Shown here piece after piece: positions 55,401 to 64,000 of a stretch of 64,000 nt of DNA. Every line of letters begins with the position of its first letter. Positions within the stretch are counted from its first letter, which is position 1. The position numbers and the translations under genes are program-made. The DNA comes from Gemmatimonadaceae bacterium (lineage in GTDB: Bacteria; Gemmatimonadota; Gemmatimonadetes; Gemmatimonadales; Gemmatimonadaceae): contig DATLTC010000062.1 of NCBI GenBank assembly GCA_035533755.1, positions 15,181 through 79,180 on the forward strand, written 5' to 3'. Under the pieces are notes generated by a model. That model was not told the DNA's origin. It saw nothing but the letters and a program-made list of their open reading frames with translations, and searched no databases.

Positions 55401-56242
55401 GCGTTCTCATAGGAATGAACTTCTATGCGGTGCAAGGCGATGCCGGTCGCCGGCAGGACCGCGCGATCGCGGCCCTGCGCGCGCTTCGCGGCACGCCGTG
55501 CGTGAATCTTCAGTGGCCGGACGGCCGATTCGACGTCCCCGGCATCGAGACGCTGGCCACGTTGCGCCGCGATGCGCGGACGGTGACCGGTCGCGACGGC
55601 CGGCGCAAGCCGATCGTCCCGGACATGCTCGACATCCTGGCGGACGCCGCCTCGGCGCGCGGCTGCTCGCACTTTCTGTTCGCGAACGCCGACATCGAGA
55701 TCACGCCGCCGGCCATTGCGCTCATCGACGAGGCGCCGCGCGACGGGTATGCGTTCGTGCGCACCGACCTCGATCCGGAGACCCACGCCTCGATCGGCCA
55801 GATGCGATACGGCGTCGATGCGTTCGCGTTCGACGTCCGGTGGTGGGGCCGGCACCGCCATCGATTCCGCGCGTACATCGCCGGCGAACCGGTGTGGGAT
55901 AACGTGTACACGGCGATTCTGCTCACCCACTCCGATGCCGCGTTCGTGGATCGTGAGGGACTGGTGTTGCACGAGCGGCATGAGTCGCCGTGGCGCGACA
56001 GTCCGTACGACGACTACACATGGTATCTCGCGGCGTTGGACCGGCCGTACTTCTCCCTCTGGTCCACGTTTCACGCCGAGTTCATGGCGCTTGGCGCGGC
56101 GGACGCCGGGGCGGGTGCCGTCGATGCGTTGCGGGACCGCGTGTTCGACGCGAGCAGGGTGGGTCGCGGACGGGTGGTGCAGTTCCTTCGAGCGGCCAAG
56201 GCGCGGGCGCGATATGCCATGCACGGGTTGCGTCGCCCGTGA
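55397..56242 (+). CDS. hypothetical protein in the EPS operon (possible GT-A-like fold)
   Basis: 281-aa ORF in the coupled frame (ATGA overlap). I recognise no family motif. 'FLFANADIEI' and 'GVDAFAFD' are only vaguely GT-A-like. Confidence 0.5.
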   Translation: MSVLIGMNFYAVQGDAGRRQDRAIAALRALRGTPCVNLQWPDGRFDVPGIETLATLRRDARTVTGRDGRRKPIVPDMLDILADAASARGCSHFLFANADIEITPPAIALIDEAPRDGYAFVRTDLDPETHASIGQMRYGVDAFAFDVRWWGRHRHRFRAYIAGEPVWDNVYTAILLTHSDAAFVDREGLVLHERHESPWRDSPYDDYTWYLAALDRPYFSLWSTFHAEFMALGAADAGAGAVDALRDRVFDASRVGRGRVVQFLRAAKARARYAMHGLRRP

Positions 56243-56253
56243 GTACGCGGCCG

Positions 56254-57393
56254 ATGCGCATCCTCCTCATGGGCGATTATGCCGACGATCCCCGTCTCGG
56301 GTCGACGAAGGTGTATTACAAGCTGCGCGAGGAGCTAACCCGCCTGGGCCACGACTGCGACGTGATGCTCGCCCCGGAGATCGGGAGTTGGCCCCGTGCC
56401 GCCAAGGTGCGGTGGGCGCTTGCTCCCGCATTGGCCGCGCGCGCCGTGGGGCGATCTGGGAAGCGCTACGACGTGATCGACGTCGCGAGCGCCGAAGGGT
56501 CGGTGCTCGGTCTTCGCCGAGCGCTGACTCCCGGCGATGACGTCGCGATCGTCAGTCGCTCGCACGGCTTGGAACACCGCAACTATCAACGGCTGCTCGA
56601 GGACCATGCGGCGGGGTTGGTCCGCAAACGGTGGCACCGCCGATGGTGGTATCCGGTGGCGCGGCTGTCGCAGGTGGCCCTGGCGGCCCGATTGGCCGAC
56701 CGGATGATCGTGCTCAACGCCGGCGACGCCGAATTCGCGGCAGCCCGCGGATGGAAGCCGCGAGCGGCCGTCGACGTCATTCCCCATGGCGTGTCGTCAC
56801 GATTCCTGGAGAGTGCGCCGCCGCCGGGGGCCGTACGCGGCCGGGGCATGCTCTTCTGCGGGACGTGGGACGACGTCAAGGGCGTACAGTATCTGGCGGA
56901 CGGCTTTTCCAGGCTCGCGGCGATCATGCCGCAGGCGCGCCTCACGATCGTCGGCGCGGCCATGCCGGAGGCGCTGGTTCTGGCGCGGTTCTCTCCGGAG
57001 GCCAGGACCCAGGTCACCGTGCTGCAGCGGGTGAGCGAAGAGGAGGTGATGGGCCAGTACCGGACCCACGACGCGCTGGTGCTGCCGTCCACCTATGAGG
57101 GGTTCGGCATGGTGGTGCTCGAGGCGATGAGCCAGCGGTTGCCGGTGATCTCGACCCCCGTGGGATGCGCGCCGGCGCTGATCCGCGACGGCGAGACGGG
57201 ACTGCTCGTTCGGCCGCGATCGGCCGATGACCTGGCGGCCGCCATGCGGCGCCTGCTCGACGACGCGGCGCTCCGCGCGCGCATCGCCAGCGCCGCATTT
57301 CCTCTGGCGCTGGCCCATACGTGGACGCGCACGGCGGAGCGAACACTCGCATCGTACACCGCGGCGCGCGCCATGCGGCGGGGGCCGACGTGA
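56254..57393 (+). CDS. glycosyltransferase family 4
   Basis: 'YEGFGMVVLEAMSQRLPVISTPVGCAPALI'. The start is ATG at 56254 or GTG at 56239 (GTGA overlap). Confidence 0.8.
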   Translation: MRILLMGDYADDPRLGSTKVYYKLREELTRLGHDCDVMLAPEIGSWPRAAKVRWALAPALAARAVGRSGKRYDVIDVASAEGSVLGLRRALTPGDDVAIVSRSHGLEHRNYQRLLEDHAAGLVRKRWHRRWWYPVARLSQVALAARLADRMIVLNAGDAEFAAARGWKPRAAVDVIPHGVSSRFLESAPPPGAVRGRGMLFCGTWDDVKGVQYLADGFSRLAAIMPQARLTIVGAAMPEALVLARFSPEARTQVTVLQRVSEEEVMGQYRTHDALVLPSTYEGFGMVVLEAMSQRLPVISTPVGCAPALIRDGETGLLVRPRSADDLAAAMRRLLDDAALRARIASAAFPLALAHTWTRTAERTLASYTAARAMRRGPT

Positions 57394-58310
57394 GCGACCC
57401 CGGACGGATCGCTGTGGGGATCGCGAGCCGCGGACGCCCCGATTCGCTGGCCCGCTGCATCGCGTCGCTGGCGACCATCGACGACATGGTCGATGAAGTG
57501 CTCGTGGTGGACGACGGGTCGCCGGATCCGTTGGAGCCCCGCGTGCGCGCGCAGTTGAGCGCCGAGGCCCAGCGCAAGCTCCGGATGATCCGGTTCGAAC
57601 CGGGCCGCGGACTGGCCGCGGCCCGCTCCGAATGCGTGCGGCGCGCTCATGCGCCGTGGGTGCTGAGTCTGGACGACGACGCCGTCGTGATCTCACGGGA
57701 CGCCGTGCACGCGGCGGTTCGCACGATCGCAGCCGATGCCGGGGTGTTCGCCGTGGCGTTCGCCCAATCCGACGCGAGCGGCGAACCGTGGCCGGCCGGC
57801 GCGCAGCCGGCCCAAGTGGCCTACCCGTGCTACACGGCGTCGTTCATCGGATTCGCGCATCTGGTGCGACGCGAGGCATTCGTGGCGCTTGGCGGGTTTC
57901 GCGAGCAACTCATCATCAATGGCGAGGAGCGCGAACTGTGCCTGCGCGCGCTCGACGCAGGGCTCGCCGTGGTGTACCTGCCGGATGCACGGGTGGCGCA
58001 CCTGGCCGACCCCACGGGACGCGACGTGCGGCGGTATCTGCACCTCACGGTTCGCAACGGCGTCCTGGCGTCGCTCTACGACGACCCGTTCCCGATGCTC
58101 TGCCTCCGCGTGCCGGCGCGCCTGCTTGCCTACTTCCGCATGCGCAGGGGCTGGGGCGTGCACGATCCGTGGGGCTTCGTCGCGATCCTGCGATGGCTGG
58201 CCCGCGACCTGGGCTCCGCACTCCGCCAGCGCAAGCCCGTCCGGTGGGCCACCATCCGTCGCTGGCGCCGCCTCGCGCGCGAGGCTCCCGTGTATCGAGG
58301 CCCGGCATGA
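57390..58310 (+). CDS. glycosyltransferase family 2
   Basis: 'IAVGIASRGRPDSLARCIASL', 'VLVVDDGSPDP' and 'SLDDDAV'. GTGA overlap. Confidence 0.8.
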   Translation: MSDPGRIAVGIASRGRPDSLARCIASLATIDDMVDEVLVVDDGSPDPLEPRVRAQLSAEAQRKLRMIRFEPGRGLAAARSECVRRAHAPWVLSLDDDAVVISRDAVHAAVRTIAADAGVFAVAFAQSDASGEPWPAGAQPAQVAYPCYTASFIGFAHLVRREAFVALGGFREQLIINGEERELCLRALDAGLAVVYLPDARVAHLADPTGRDVRRYLHLTVRNGVLASLYDDPFPMLCLRVPARLLAYFRMRRGWGVHDPWGFVAILRWLARDLGSALRQRKPVRWATIRRWRRLAREAPVYRGPA

Positions 58311-59461
58311 CCGCGCCCAAGCGTCTGCTGACGATCGGCCACTCGTACTGCGTGCGCCGCAACCGCGAGCTGGCCGACGCCATCGCCCGCGCGGGGAACG
58401 GCGCGTGGGAGGTGACCGTGGCCGCGCCGGACGCCTTTCCGGGTGACCTCGGACCGATCGTGACGCGTGCCGATGCGGACGAGCGCACCACATTGCGCGT
58501 GATCCCCGTGCATCGGGCCCGCCGGATCCACGTCATGACGTACGGACGGGCGCTCCGCCCGCTGCTGGCGCAGGAGTGGGACGCGATCCACTGCTGGGAG
58601 GAGCCTTACGTTCTCTCGGCGGCGCAGATCGCCCGGCGATCGCCGCGCCGTGCGGCGCTGGTGTACGCCACGTTCCAGAACATCGCCAAGCGCTACCCGC
58701 CGCCGTTCGGCGCGATCGAGCGATTCAGCATGCGGCGGGCGCGCGGATGGATCGCATTCGGTCGCTCCGTCGAGGCCACGCTCGAGGGGCGCGCCGGCTA
58801 CCACGAGCGCCCGCACGCGGTGATCCCGTTCGGCGTGGATCTGGGCCGGTTCTCGCCTGACGCGGCGTCGAGAGCCGCGCTGTTGGATGAGTTGCGCTGG
58901 GCCGCGGACGACACACCCGTGGTGGGATACCTCGGCCGGTTCGTCGAAGCCAAGGGCCTGCCGCTGCTGCTCCACGCCCTGCGCGATCTGCGCCGCTGCG
59001 GCGTGGCGTGGCGCGCGCTGTTCGTGGGCGGCGGACCGCTCGAGCCCGAGCTCCGCGGGTTCGCCGCCGAGCATGCGCCGCACGTGCACGTGGCCACCGG
59101 GGTGTCGCACGACGCCGTGCCGCGCTACCTCCGCGTCATGGACGTGTTGTGCGCGCCCAGCCAGACCACCGCCGGCTGGCGAGAGCAGTTCGGCCGCATG
59201 ATCGTCGAAGCGTTCGCCTGCGGCGTGCCGGTGATCGGTAGTGACAGTGGGGAGATCCCACACGTCATTGGAGATGCGGGACTGGTGGTGGGCGAGCGGG
59301 ATGCGGCGGGGTGGGTGGCCGTGCTCGGCCGGGTGCTCACCGACGCCGCCGACCGACGCACGCTGGGCGCGCGCGGGCGGGCGCGGGCCGAGGCCGAGTT
59401 CGCGTGGCCGGTGGTGGCGAACCGGCACCTCATGTTCTTCAACCAACTGCTCGGTACCTGA
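58307..59461 (+). CDS. glycosyltransferase family 4
   Basis: 'REQFGRMIVEAFACGVPVIGSDSGEIPHVI'. ATGA overlap. Confidence 0.8.
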   Translation: MTAPKRLLTIGHSYCVRRNRELADAIARAGNGAWEVTVAAPDAFPGDLGPIVTRADADERTTLRVIPVHRARRIHVMTYGRALRPLLAQEWDAIHCWEEPYVLSAAQIARRSPRRAALVYATFQNIAKRYPPPFGAIERFSMRRARGWIAFGRSVEATLEGRAGYHERPHAVIPFGVDLGRFSPDAASRAALLDELRWAADDTPVVGYLGRFVEAKGLPLLLHALRDLRRCGVAWRALFVGGGPLEPELRGFAAEHAPHVHVATGVSHDAVPRYLRVMDVLCAPSQTTAGWREQFGRMIVEAFACGVPVIGSDSGEIPHVIGDAGLVVGERDAAGWVAVLGRVLTDAADRRTLGARGRARAEAEFAWPVVANRHLMFFNQLLGT

Positions 59462-60240
59462 TGCGATCCGACGACCAGCAACTTGCCGCAGGGACTTACG
59501 CCAAGAAGCAACTGTTCGGCGGGTGCTCCCTGCTGTCCTGGAGCCACCGGCGGCGGTTCGACATGGCGCTGGCGCTGGCCGCGCCCTATGCCGGACGGCC
59601 GCTGCTCGACTACGGGTGCGGCGACGGGACATTTCTGGCGCTGGCCCACGAACAGTTTCCGGAGTCGGTGGGTCTGGAAGTCGACCCCGGACTCGTGACC
59701 GCATGCACGGAACGGTGGGGGCACCTGGGTGGACTGCGGTTCCTGCTGGCCGACCAGGCACAGGCACTTCCCGCGGGGAGCTTCGGTGTGGTGTTGTGCA
59801 CCGAAGTGCTGGAACACTGCCCCACGGACGCCGTCGACGTGGCCCTGGCGCGCATGCAGCGGCTGGTGGCGCCGGACGGACGCGTGATCATCAGCGTGCC
59901 GGTGGAGACGGGATTGCCGCTCGCCGTGAAGCAGGCGGCCCGCGCGATCGCCGCCCGCCGCGTGCACAGCGACTACCAGCACCGCGAGACGTATTCTGTG
60001 CGCGACTTCGTCCGCATGCTCATCGCCGATGAGCAGACCTCCGTGGACCGGCCGGTGTACGAGACGGAATTCGCGCCGGGACTTCCCAATCGGTATCACG
60101 GGCACAAGGGATTCAATTGGCGCGCCATGCGGCGCCGGGTCGGCGAGGCGTTCCGCGTGGTCGAGACGCGATTCTCGCCGGTGTCGTGGCTCGGTCCCGA
60201 GTTCGCCAGCCAGGCGTGGTTCGTCTGCTCGCCCCGATGA
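59461..60240 (+). CDS. class I SAM-dependent methyltransferase
   Basis: 'LLDYGCGDGTFL' and 'EVLEHCP'. The ATG shares one nucleotide with the upstream TGA. Confidence 0.75.
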   Translation: MRSDDQQLAAGTYAKKQLFGGCSLLSWSHRRRFDMALALAAPYAGRPLLDYGCGDGTFLALAHEQFPESVGLEVDPGLVTACTERWGHLGGLRFLLADQAQALPAGSFGVVLCTEVLEHCPTDAVDVALARMQRLVAPDGRVIISVPVETGLPLAVKQAARAIAARRVHSDYQHRETYSVRDFVRMLIADEQTSVDRPVYETEFAPGLPNRYHGHKGFNWRAMRRRVGEAFRVVETRFSPVSWLGPEFASQAWFVCSPR

Positions 60241-61379
60241 CCGGCCGCCCGCCGTTGCGCGTGGGCCTGGTGTGCGACCTCCTCGAAGAGCGATGGCCGA
60301 GCATGGATCTCGTGGCCGACGAACTGCTGCGCGCCCTGCCGTTGGTGGCGTCGCCGCGCGTGGATCCGGTGCGCCTGAGGACCACCATGCCGCGATGGCC
60401 GACGCAGGTGGCGCGGGCCCTACGGCTCCGCTCGGCGGTGAACGCCAACCGGTACCTCGACCGGCATTGGCGGTACCCGCGGTGGATCCGCCGCCATGCC
60501 GCCGGTTGTGATGCGTATCATGTCGTGGACCATACCTATGCGCATCTCGTGCATGAGCTTCCCGCGACGCGGACGATCGTGACCTGTCACGACATCGACG
60601 CCTTCCGGGCGCTGGTGGAGCCCGAACGCGAGCCGCGATCGCGCTTGTTCCGCCGGATGACAGCGCGCGTTCTGGACGGACTCCAGCGCGCCGCGCGCGT
60701 GACCTGCGACAGCGCCGCGACCCGGGACGCGCTGGTCGCGCACGGGCTCCGCACCGAAGGGCTGGTCGTGGTGCCCCTCGGCGTGCACCCCGCGTTCACG
60801 CCGGCCACCACGGCGCCGGCCGACGCTGGAACGGAGGTGACGCTGCTCCACGTGGGGAGCACGATCCCGCGAAAGCGCATCGACGTGCTGCTCCGGATAT
60901 TCGCCGGCGTGCGGGCGCAATTCCCGGCGGCGCGGCTGGTCCGGGTGGGGGGCGCGTTCACCGGGGAACAGGCCGCGTTGGCGCACGCGCTCGGGCTGGA
61001 CGGCGCGATCACGGTGATGCCGTTCGTCTCGCACGCCGCGCTCGCGGACCTGTACCGGCGCGCGGCGCTGGTCCTGCTGCCGTCGGAGCGCGAGGGGTTC
61101 GGGCTTCCGGTAGCGGAAGCGATGGCGTGCGGCACGCCGGTGGTGGCGAGCGACCTGCCCGTGTTGCGCGAGGTGGGGGCGGTGGCGGCTTCGTATGCCG
61201 CCGTGGGGAACGTGGGCGAGTGGGTGGACGCCGTATGCGCGCTGCTCACCGAGCGGGAGAAGTCGCTCGACACGTGGCGGCGTCGAACCGCCGCCGCCAC
61301 GGCGCAGGCCGCCGGCTTCACGTGGGAGCGCTGCGCGGCGCGCATGGCCGCCATTTACGCCGAGGTGGCCGGTGGCTGA
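60237..61379 (+). CDS. glycosyltransferase family 4
   Basis: 'REGFGLPVAEAMACGTPVVASDLPVLREVG'. ATGA overlap. Confidence 0.8.
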   Translation: MTGRPPLRVGLVCDLLEERWPSMDLVADELLRALPLVASPRVDPVRLRTTMPRWPTQVARALRLRSAVNANRYLDRHWRYPRWIRRHAAGCDAYHVVDHTYAHLVHELPATRTIVTCHDIDAFRALVEPEREPRSRLFRRMTARVLDGLQRAARVTCDSAATRDALVAHGLRTEGLVVVPLGVHPAFTPATTAPADAGTEVTLLHVGSTIPRKRIDVLLRIFAGVRAQFPAARLVRVGGAFTGEQAALAHALGLDGAITVMPFVSHAALADLYRRAALVLLPSEREGFGLPVAEAMACGTPVVASDLPVLREVGAVAASYAAVGNVGEWVDAVCALLTEREKSLDTWRRRTAAATAQAAGFTWERCAARMAAIYAEVAGG

Positions 61380-62517
61380 ACTGCGCGTGTTGCAGGTGGG
61401 CAAGTTCTATCCGCCCGACGAGGGCGGTATGGAGACGCACCTCGAGGGGCTCTGCCGGCACATGCGGGCGCATGCCGATCTCGAAGTGTTGGTGGCGTCG
61501 CGCACCCGGCGCACCGTCCACGAGGTGATCGCCGGCGTGCCGGTCACGCGCGTGGGGACGCTGGCCACGATCCGCAGTGCCCCGATCTGCCCGGAACTGC
61601 GGTGGCGCATCCGGGACAGCCAGGCCGACATCGTGCACCTGCACCATCCCAATCCGTCGGCGTTCCTCAGCTATCTGCTCAGCGGCCATCGCGGGCGTCT
61701 GATCGTCACGTATCACAGCGATGTCGTACAGCAGCGCCTGCTCAACATGATCTACGAGCCGATCGTGCGGGCCGTGCTGCAGCGCGCCGACGCGATCATC
61801 GTGAGTTCGCAGGAGTATCTCGACAGCTCCCCGATGCTCGGCCGATACGCCGACCGGTGCGTGGTCATCCCGATGGCGATCGATCCCGAGCAGTTCGCCG
61901 TTGCCGATGCCGCGGCCGTGGCCGCGATCCGCCAGGCGTACGGCGATCGCGTGATCCTGACCGTGGGGCGCCTGGTGTACTACAAAGGCATGGAATTCCT
62001 CATGCGCGCGATGCCCGACATCCGGGCGCACGCGCTGGTGGTCGGCCAGGGGCCGATGCGCGATGCGCTGGAGTTGGAGGCGCGGGCGCTCGGGGTGGCC
62101 GGCCGGGTGACGTTTCTGGGCCACGTGCCGGACACGGCGCCGTATTACCATGCGGCGGACGTCTTCGTCCTCCCTTCGCACCTCCGCAGCGAGGCGTTCG
62201 GAATCGTGCAGCTCGAGGCGATGGCAAGCGGCATCCCCGTGGTGAACACCCGGATCCCCTCCGGTGTCCCCGGCGTGTCGGTGGACGGACTCACCGGACT
62301 CACCGTGGCGCCCGGGGACCCGGGGGCGCTCGCCGACGCGGTCAACGCCCTGCTCGACCAACCGGCCCGCGCCCGCGCGTTGGGAGAAGCGGGGAGGCGG
62401 CGAGTCGGTGAACGCTATACCTTGGAGGGCATGACCGAGCGCACTCTTGCCCTGTACACGCGCGTACTGGCCGGGACGGGGTCGCGCTCCCGACGGAGGG
62501 GCCGTGGCAGAGCATAG
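61372..62517 (+). CDS. glycosyltransferase family 4
   Basis: 'SEAFGIVQLEAMASGIPVVNTRIPSGVPGV'. GTG at 61372 gives 'AELRVLQVGKFYPPDEGG'. Confidence 0.8.
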   Translation: MAELRVLQVGKFYPPDEGGMETHLEGLCRHMRAHADLEVLVASRTRRTVHEVIAGVPVTRVGTLATIRSAPICPELRWRIRDSQADIVHLHHPNPSAFLSYLLSGHRGRLIVTYHSDVVQQRLLNMIYEPIVRAVLQRADAIIVSSQEYLDSSPMLGRYADRCVVIPMAIDPEQFAVADAAAVAAIRQAYGDRVILTVGRLVYYKGMEFLMRAMPDIRAHALVVGQGPMRDALELEARALGVAGRVTFLGHVPDTAPYYHAADVFVLPSHLRSEAFGIVQLEAMASGIPVVNTRIPSGVPGVSVDGLTGLTVAPGDPGALADAVNALLDQPARARALGEAGRRRVGERYTLEGMTERTLALYTRVLAGTGSRSRRRGRGRA

Positions 62518-62551
62518 ACCCGTGGAAACGCACCGCCCGTCGCAGGGCGGA

Positions 62552-64000
62552 ATGCTACCGGCGATCCCCTATCCCCCGATGGGTGGCTTCCCCCCGTCGT
62601 TCGCTCCCGATTCGTCTCCGCTCGGCGGCGCGAATCCCATCCGGCAGTACCTCACGATCGTGCAGCGGTACTGGTGGATCATCGTGCTCACCACGGCGGC
62701 GGCCGTCGGCTACCAGTGGTACCGGACGCGTGACGACCTCCCGATGTTCCGCGCCGCCAGCGCGGTGCGATTGGAGGACCAGGGCCCGTCGGTGAGCGGC
62801 AATCTCGTGCCCGACTACAGCAGTGGGTTCGGCGGGTATACCGATCCCATCCTGACGCAGGTCCAGGTCATCAAGAGCCGCATCATCGCCGAGCGCGTGG
62901 TGGACTCGCTCGGACTCCAAATGCAGAGCCAGACCCCCGGCTTCTATATGGGGTTCTTCGCCGACGTGCATGTGGCCCCCACGGCGCCGCCATCCACGCT
63001 CGAATTCCATTTCTCGCCGTCGCACTTCGTGGTGTACAACTTCCGCGATACGATCGTCGCCGACTACGGCAAGCCGGTGACGATCTCCGGCGCCACGTTC
63101 ACGATGCCGCACTCGCCGGGGTTCGTGTCGGCGAAGTTGGGAATCGTTCAGCGGGATGACGCCGTGGACCAGGTGCTGGGCGGGCTCGACGCCAAGCCGC
63201 GCGACATGACGTCGGTCATCGACATCTCGTACACGACGGACGATCCCTATGTGGCCCGGGAGGTCGCGAGCGCCGTGGCCCAGGTGTACAAGGCGGAGAA
63301 TGCGCAGTCGTCGCGCCAGCAGTCGCACCGGCGGCGGGTGTTCATCGAGAGCCAGTTGAAGGTCACCGATTCCCTGCTCGACATCGCGCAGTCCAGGATC
63401 GCCGACTACCGGCGCGGTGCCCTCGCCTACAGCGCCAAGGACAAGTACGCCACCGAACAGACGGATCTGGCGGCGTTGAATGTGCGGGCCGAGACGCTGC
63501 GCGAGCAGCGCACCGCGTATCAGACGCTGCTCGATGCGCTGCAGCGCAACGAGCGCGGCGATCTGAACGCGCTGCGCACACTGGCGTTCGTCGTCGACCC
63601 ATCCGGGAACGCGTCGGTCAACAGCCTGTACACCGACCTCATGCGTTACGAGAACGCGCGTGACTCACTCACCACGGGAGCGTTCGCCCACACCGACAAG
63701 CACCCGGCCGTGGAACAGGTCGATGCGCGCATCTCATCCACCGTGCCACAGCTCGAGACGGCGGTGCAGAACCAGCTGGCCGTGCTCGACGGCCAGATCG
63801 CCGCGGTGCGGTCGCAACAGAACCGGCGCGCCGATCAGATCGCCGCGATCCCGTCGTCCGAAGAGACCGAGCAACGGTTGCTTCGCGACGCCGACAACAT
63901 CCAGAAGATGTCGGACAAGCTCAACGACGAGTTGCAGATCGCGAAGATCTCCGAGGCGGTAGAGGCCGGGGACGTGGAGATCGTCGACCTGGCGCAGTTC
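62552..64000 (+). CDS. polysaccharide co-polymerase (Wzz/GumC-type chain-length determinant), 3'-truncated by the window end
   Basis: Absent from the ORF track because no stop is reached. My own translation gives 'IRQYLTIVQRYWWIIVLTTAAAVGY' (TM1), 'TQVQVIKSRIIAERVVDSLGL', 'DISYTTDDPYVAREVASAVAQVYKAEN' and then a long coiled-coil region. The frame is open to nt 64000. The start is ATG at 62552, or alternatively 62579. Confidence 0.75.
   Translation, partial: MLPAIPYPPMGGFPPSFAPDSSPLGGANPIRQYLTIVQRYWWIIVLTTAAAVGYQWYRTRDDLPMFRAASAVRLEDQGPSVSGNLVPDYSSGFGGYTDPILTQVQVIKSRIIAERVVDSLGLQMQSQTPGFYMGFFADVHVAPTAPPSTLEFHFSPSHFVVYNFRDTIVADYGKPVTISGATFTMPHSPGFVSAKLGIVQRDDAVDQVLGGLDAKPRDMTSVIDISYTTDDPYVAREVASAVAQVYKAENAQSSRQQSHRRRVFIESQLKVTDSLLDIAQSRIADYRRGALAYSAKDKYATEQTDLAALNVRAETLREQRTAYQTLLDALQRNERGDLNALRTLAFVVDPSGNASVNSLYTDLMRYENARDSLTTGAFAHTDKHPAVEQVDARISSTVPQLETAVQNQLAVLDGQIAAVRSQQNRRADQIAAIPSSEETEQRLLRDADNIQKMSDKLNDELQIAKISEAVEAGDVEIVDLAQF

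Noticed and set aside
62555-63328. A 257-aa minus-strand ORF listed in the track downstream of the last GT gene.
   Set aside because: The plus strand carries an uninterrupted frame from 62552 to the window end with clear Wzz/GumC-type features. It is missing from the track only because it has no stop within the window. The minus-strand ORF is Arg/His/Gly-rich and has no motifs.
1-64000. Mobile elements, CRISPR arrays, tRNA/rRNA genes and defence systems.
   Set aside because: I saw no transposase, integrase, phage or Cas-like ORFs and no regularly spaced direct repeats. I also saw no tRNA-like T-arm (GGTTCGAATCC-type) sequence in any intergenic spacer. This was a visual scan only. tRNAscan-SE, Infernal and a defence-system HMM scan would be needed to be definitive.

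Overview
A very GC-rich window (about two-thirds G+C by eye, not computed) from a bacterial chromosome. I cannot assign the lineage from sequence alone. I call about 66 protein-coding genes. I found no rRNA, tRNA, CRISPR array, transposase, integrase or prophage genes.

Gene content, left to right:
1. NfeD-like protein, YheT-like hydrolase, ArsC-family protein and murB.
2. A pair of M16 peptidases.
3. A complete nine-gene histidine operon on the minus strand, hisG-D-C-H-A-B-F-N-IE, with most junctions overlapping by 4 nt.
4. A small membrane protein, msrC and an HD-domain protein, then ispG and a cold-shock gene.
5. An arginine regulon: argH and argG, then argR, then the divergent argC-argB-argD-GNAT genes.
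6. A YtrA/GntR-ABC operon carrying two unknown tail-anchored proteins.
7. Smr protein, M28 peptidase, esterase, SPFH protein, YhaM-like nuclease and a second cold-shock gene.
8. An NrtR-like regulator, yggX, a desaturase, an M1 aminopeptidase and an MBL hydrolase.
9. From about 41.1 kb to the window end, a large polysaccharide locus. It has a short OPX exporter, a putative outer-membrane beta-barrel, and an 18-gene, roughly 19-kb operon. That operon holds 12 glycosyltransferases, 4 methyltransferases, a Wzy-like polymerase and 1 unknown gene. A PCP/Wzz-type gene follows and runs off the window.

Most notable observations:
- A 26-codon leader ORF (6 His in 8 codons) followed by an intrinsic terminator lies directly upstream of hisG. 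This looks like a hisL-type attenuator.
- Sigma70-like promoters with palindromic operators are readable at several loci: ARG boxes, a YtrA operator, a 21-bp NrtR-type palindrome, and an AT-rich island with two related palindromes.
- The methyltransferase-rich EPS mega-operon is almost entirely linked by stop/start overlaps.

Many long ORFs in the supplied track are wrong-frame artefacts of high GC content and were not called.
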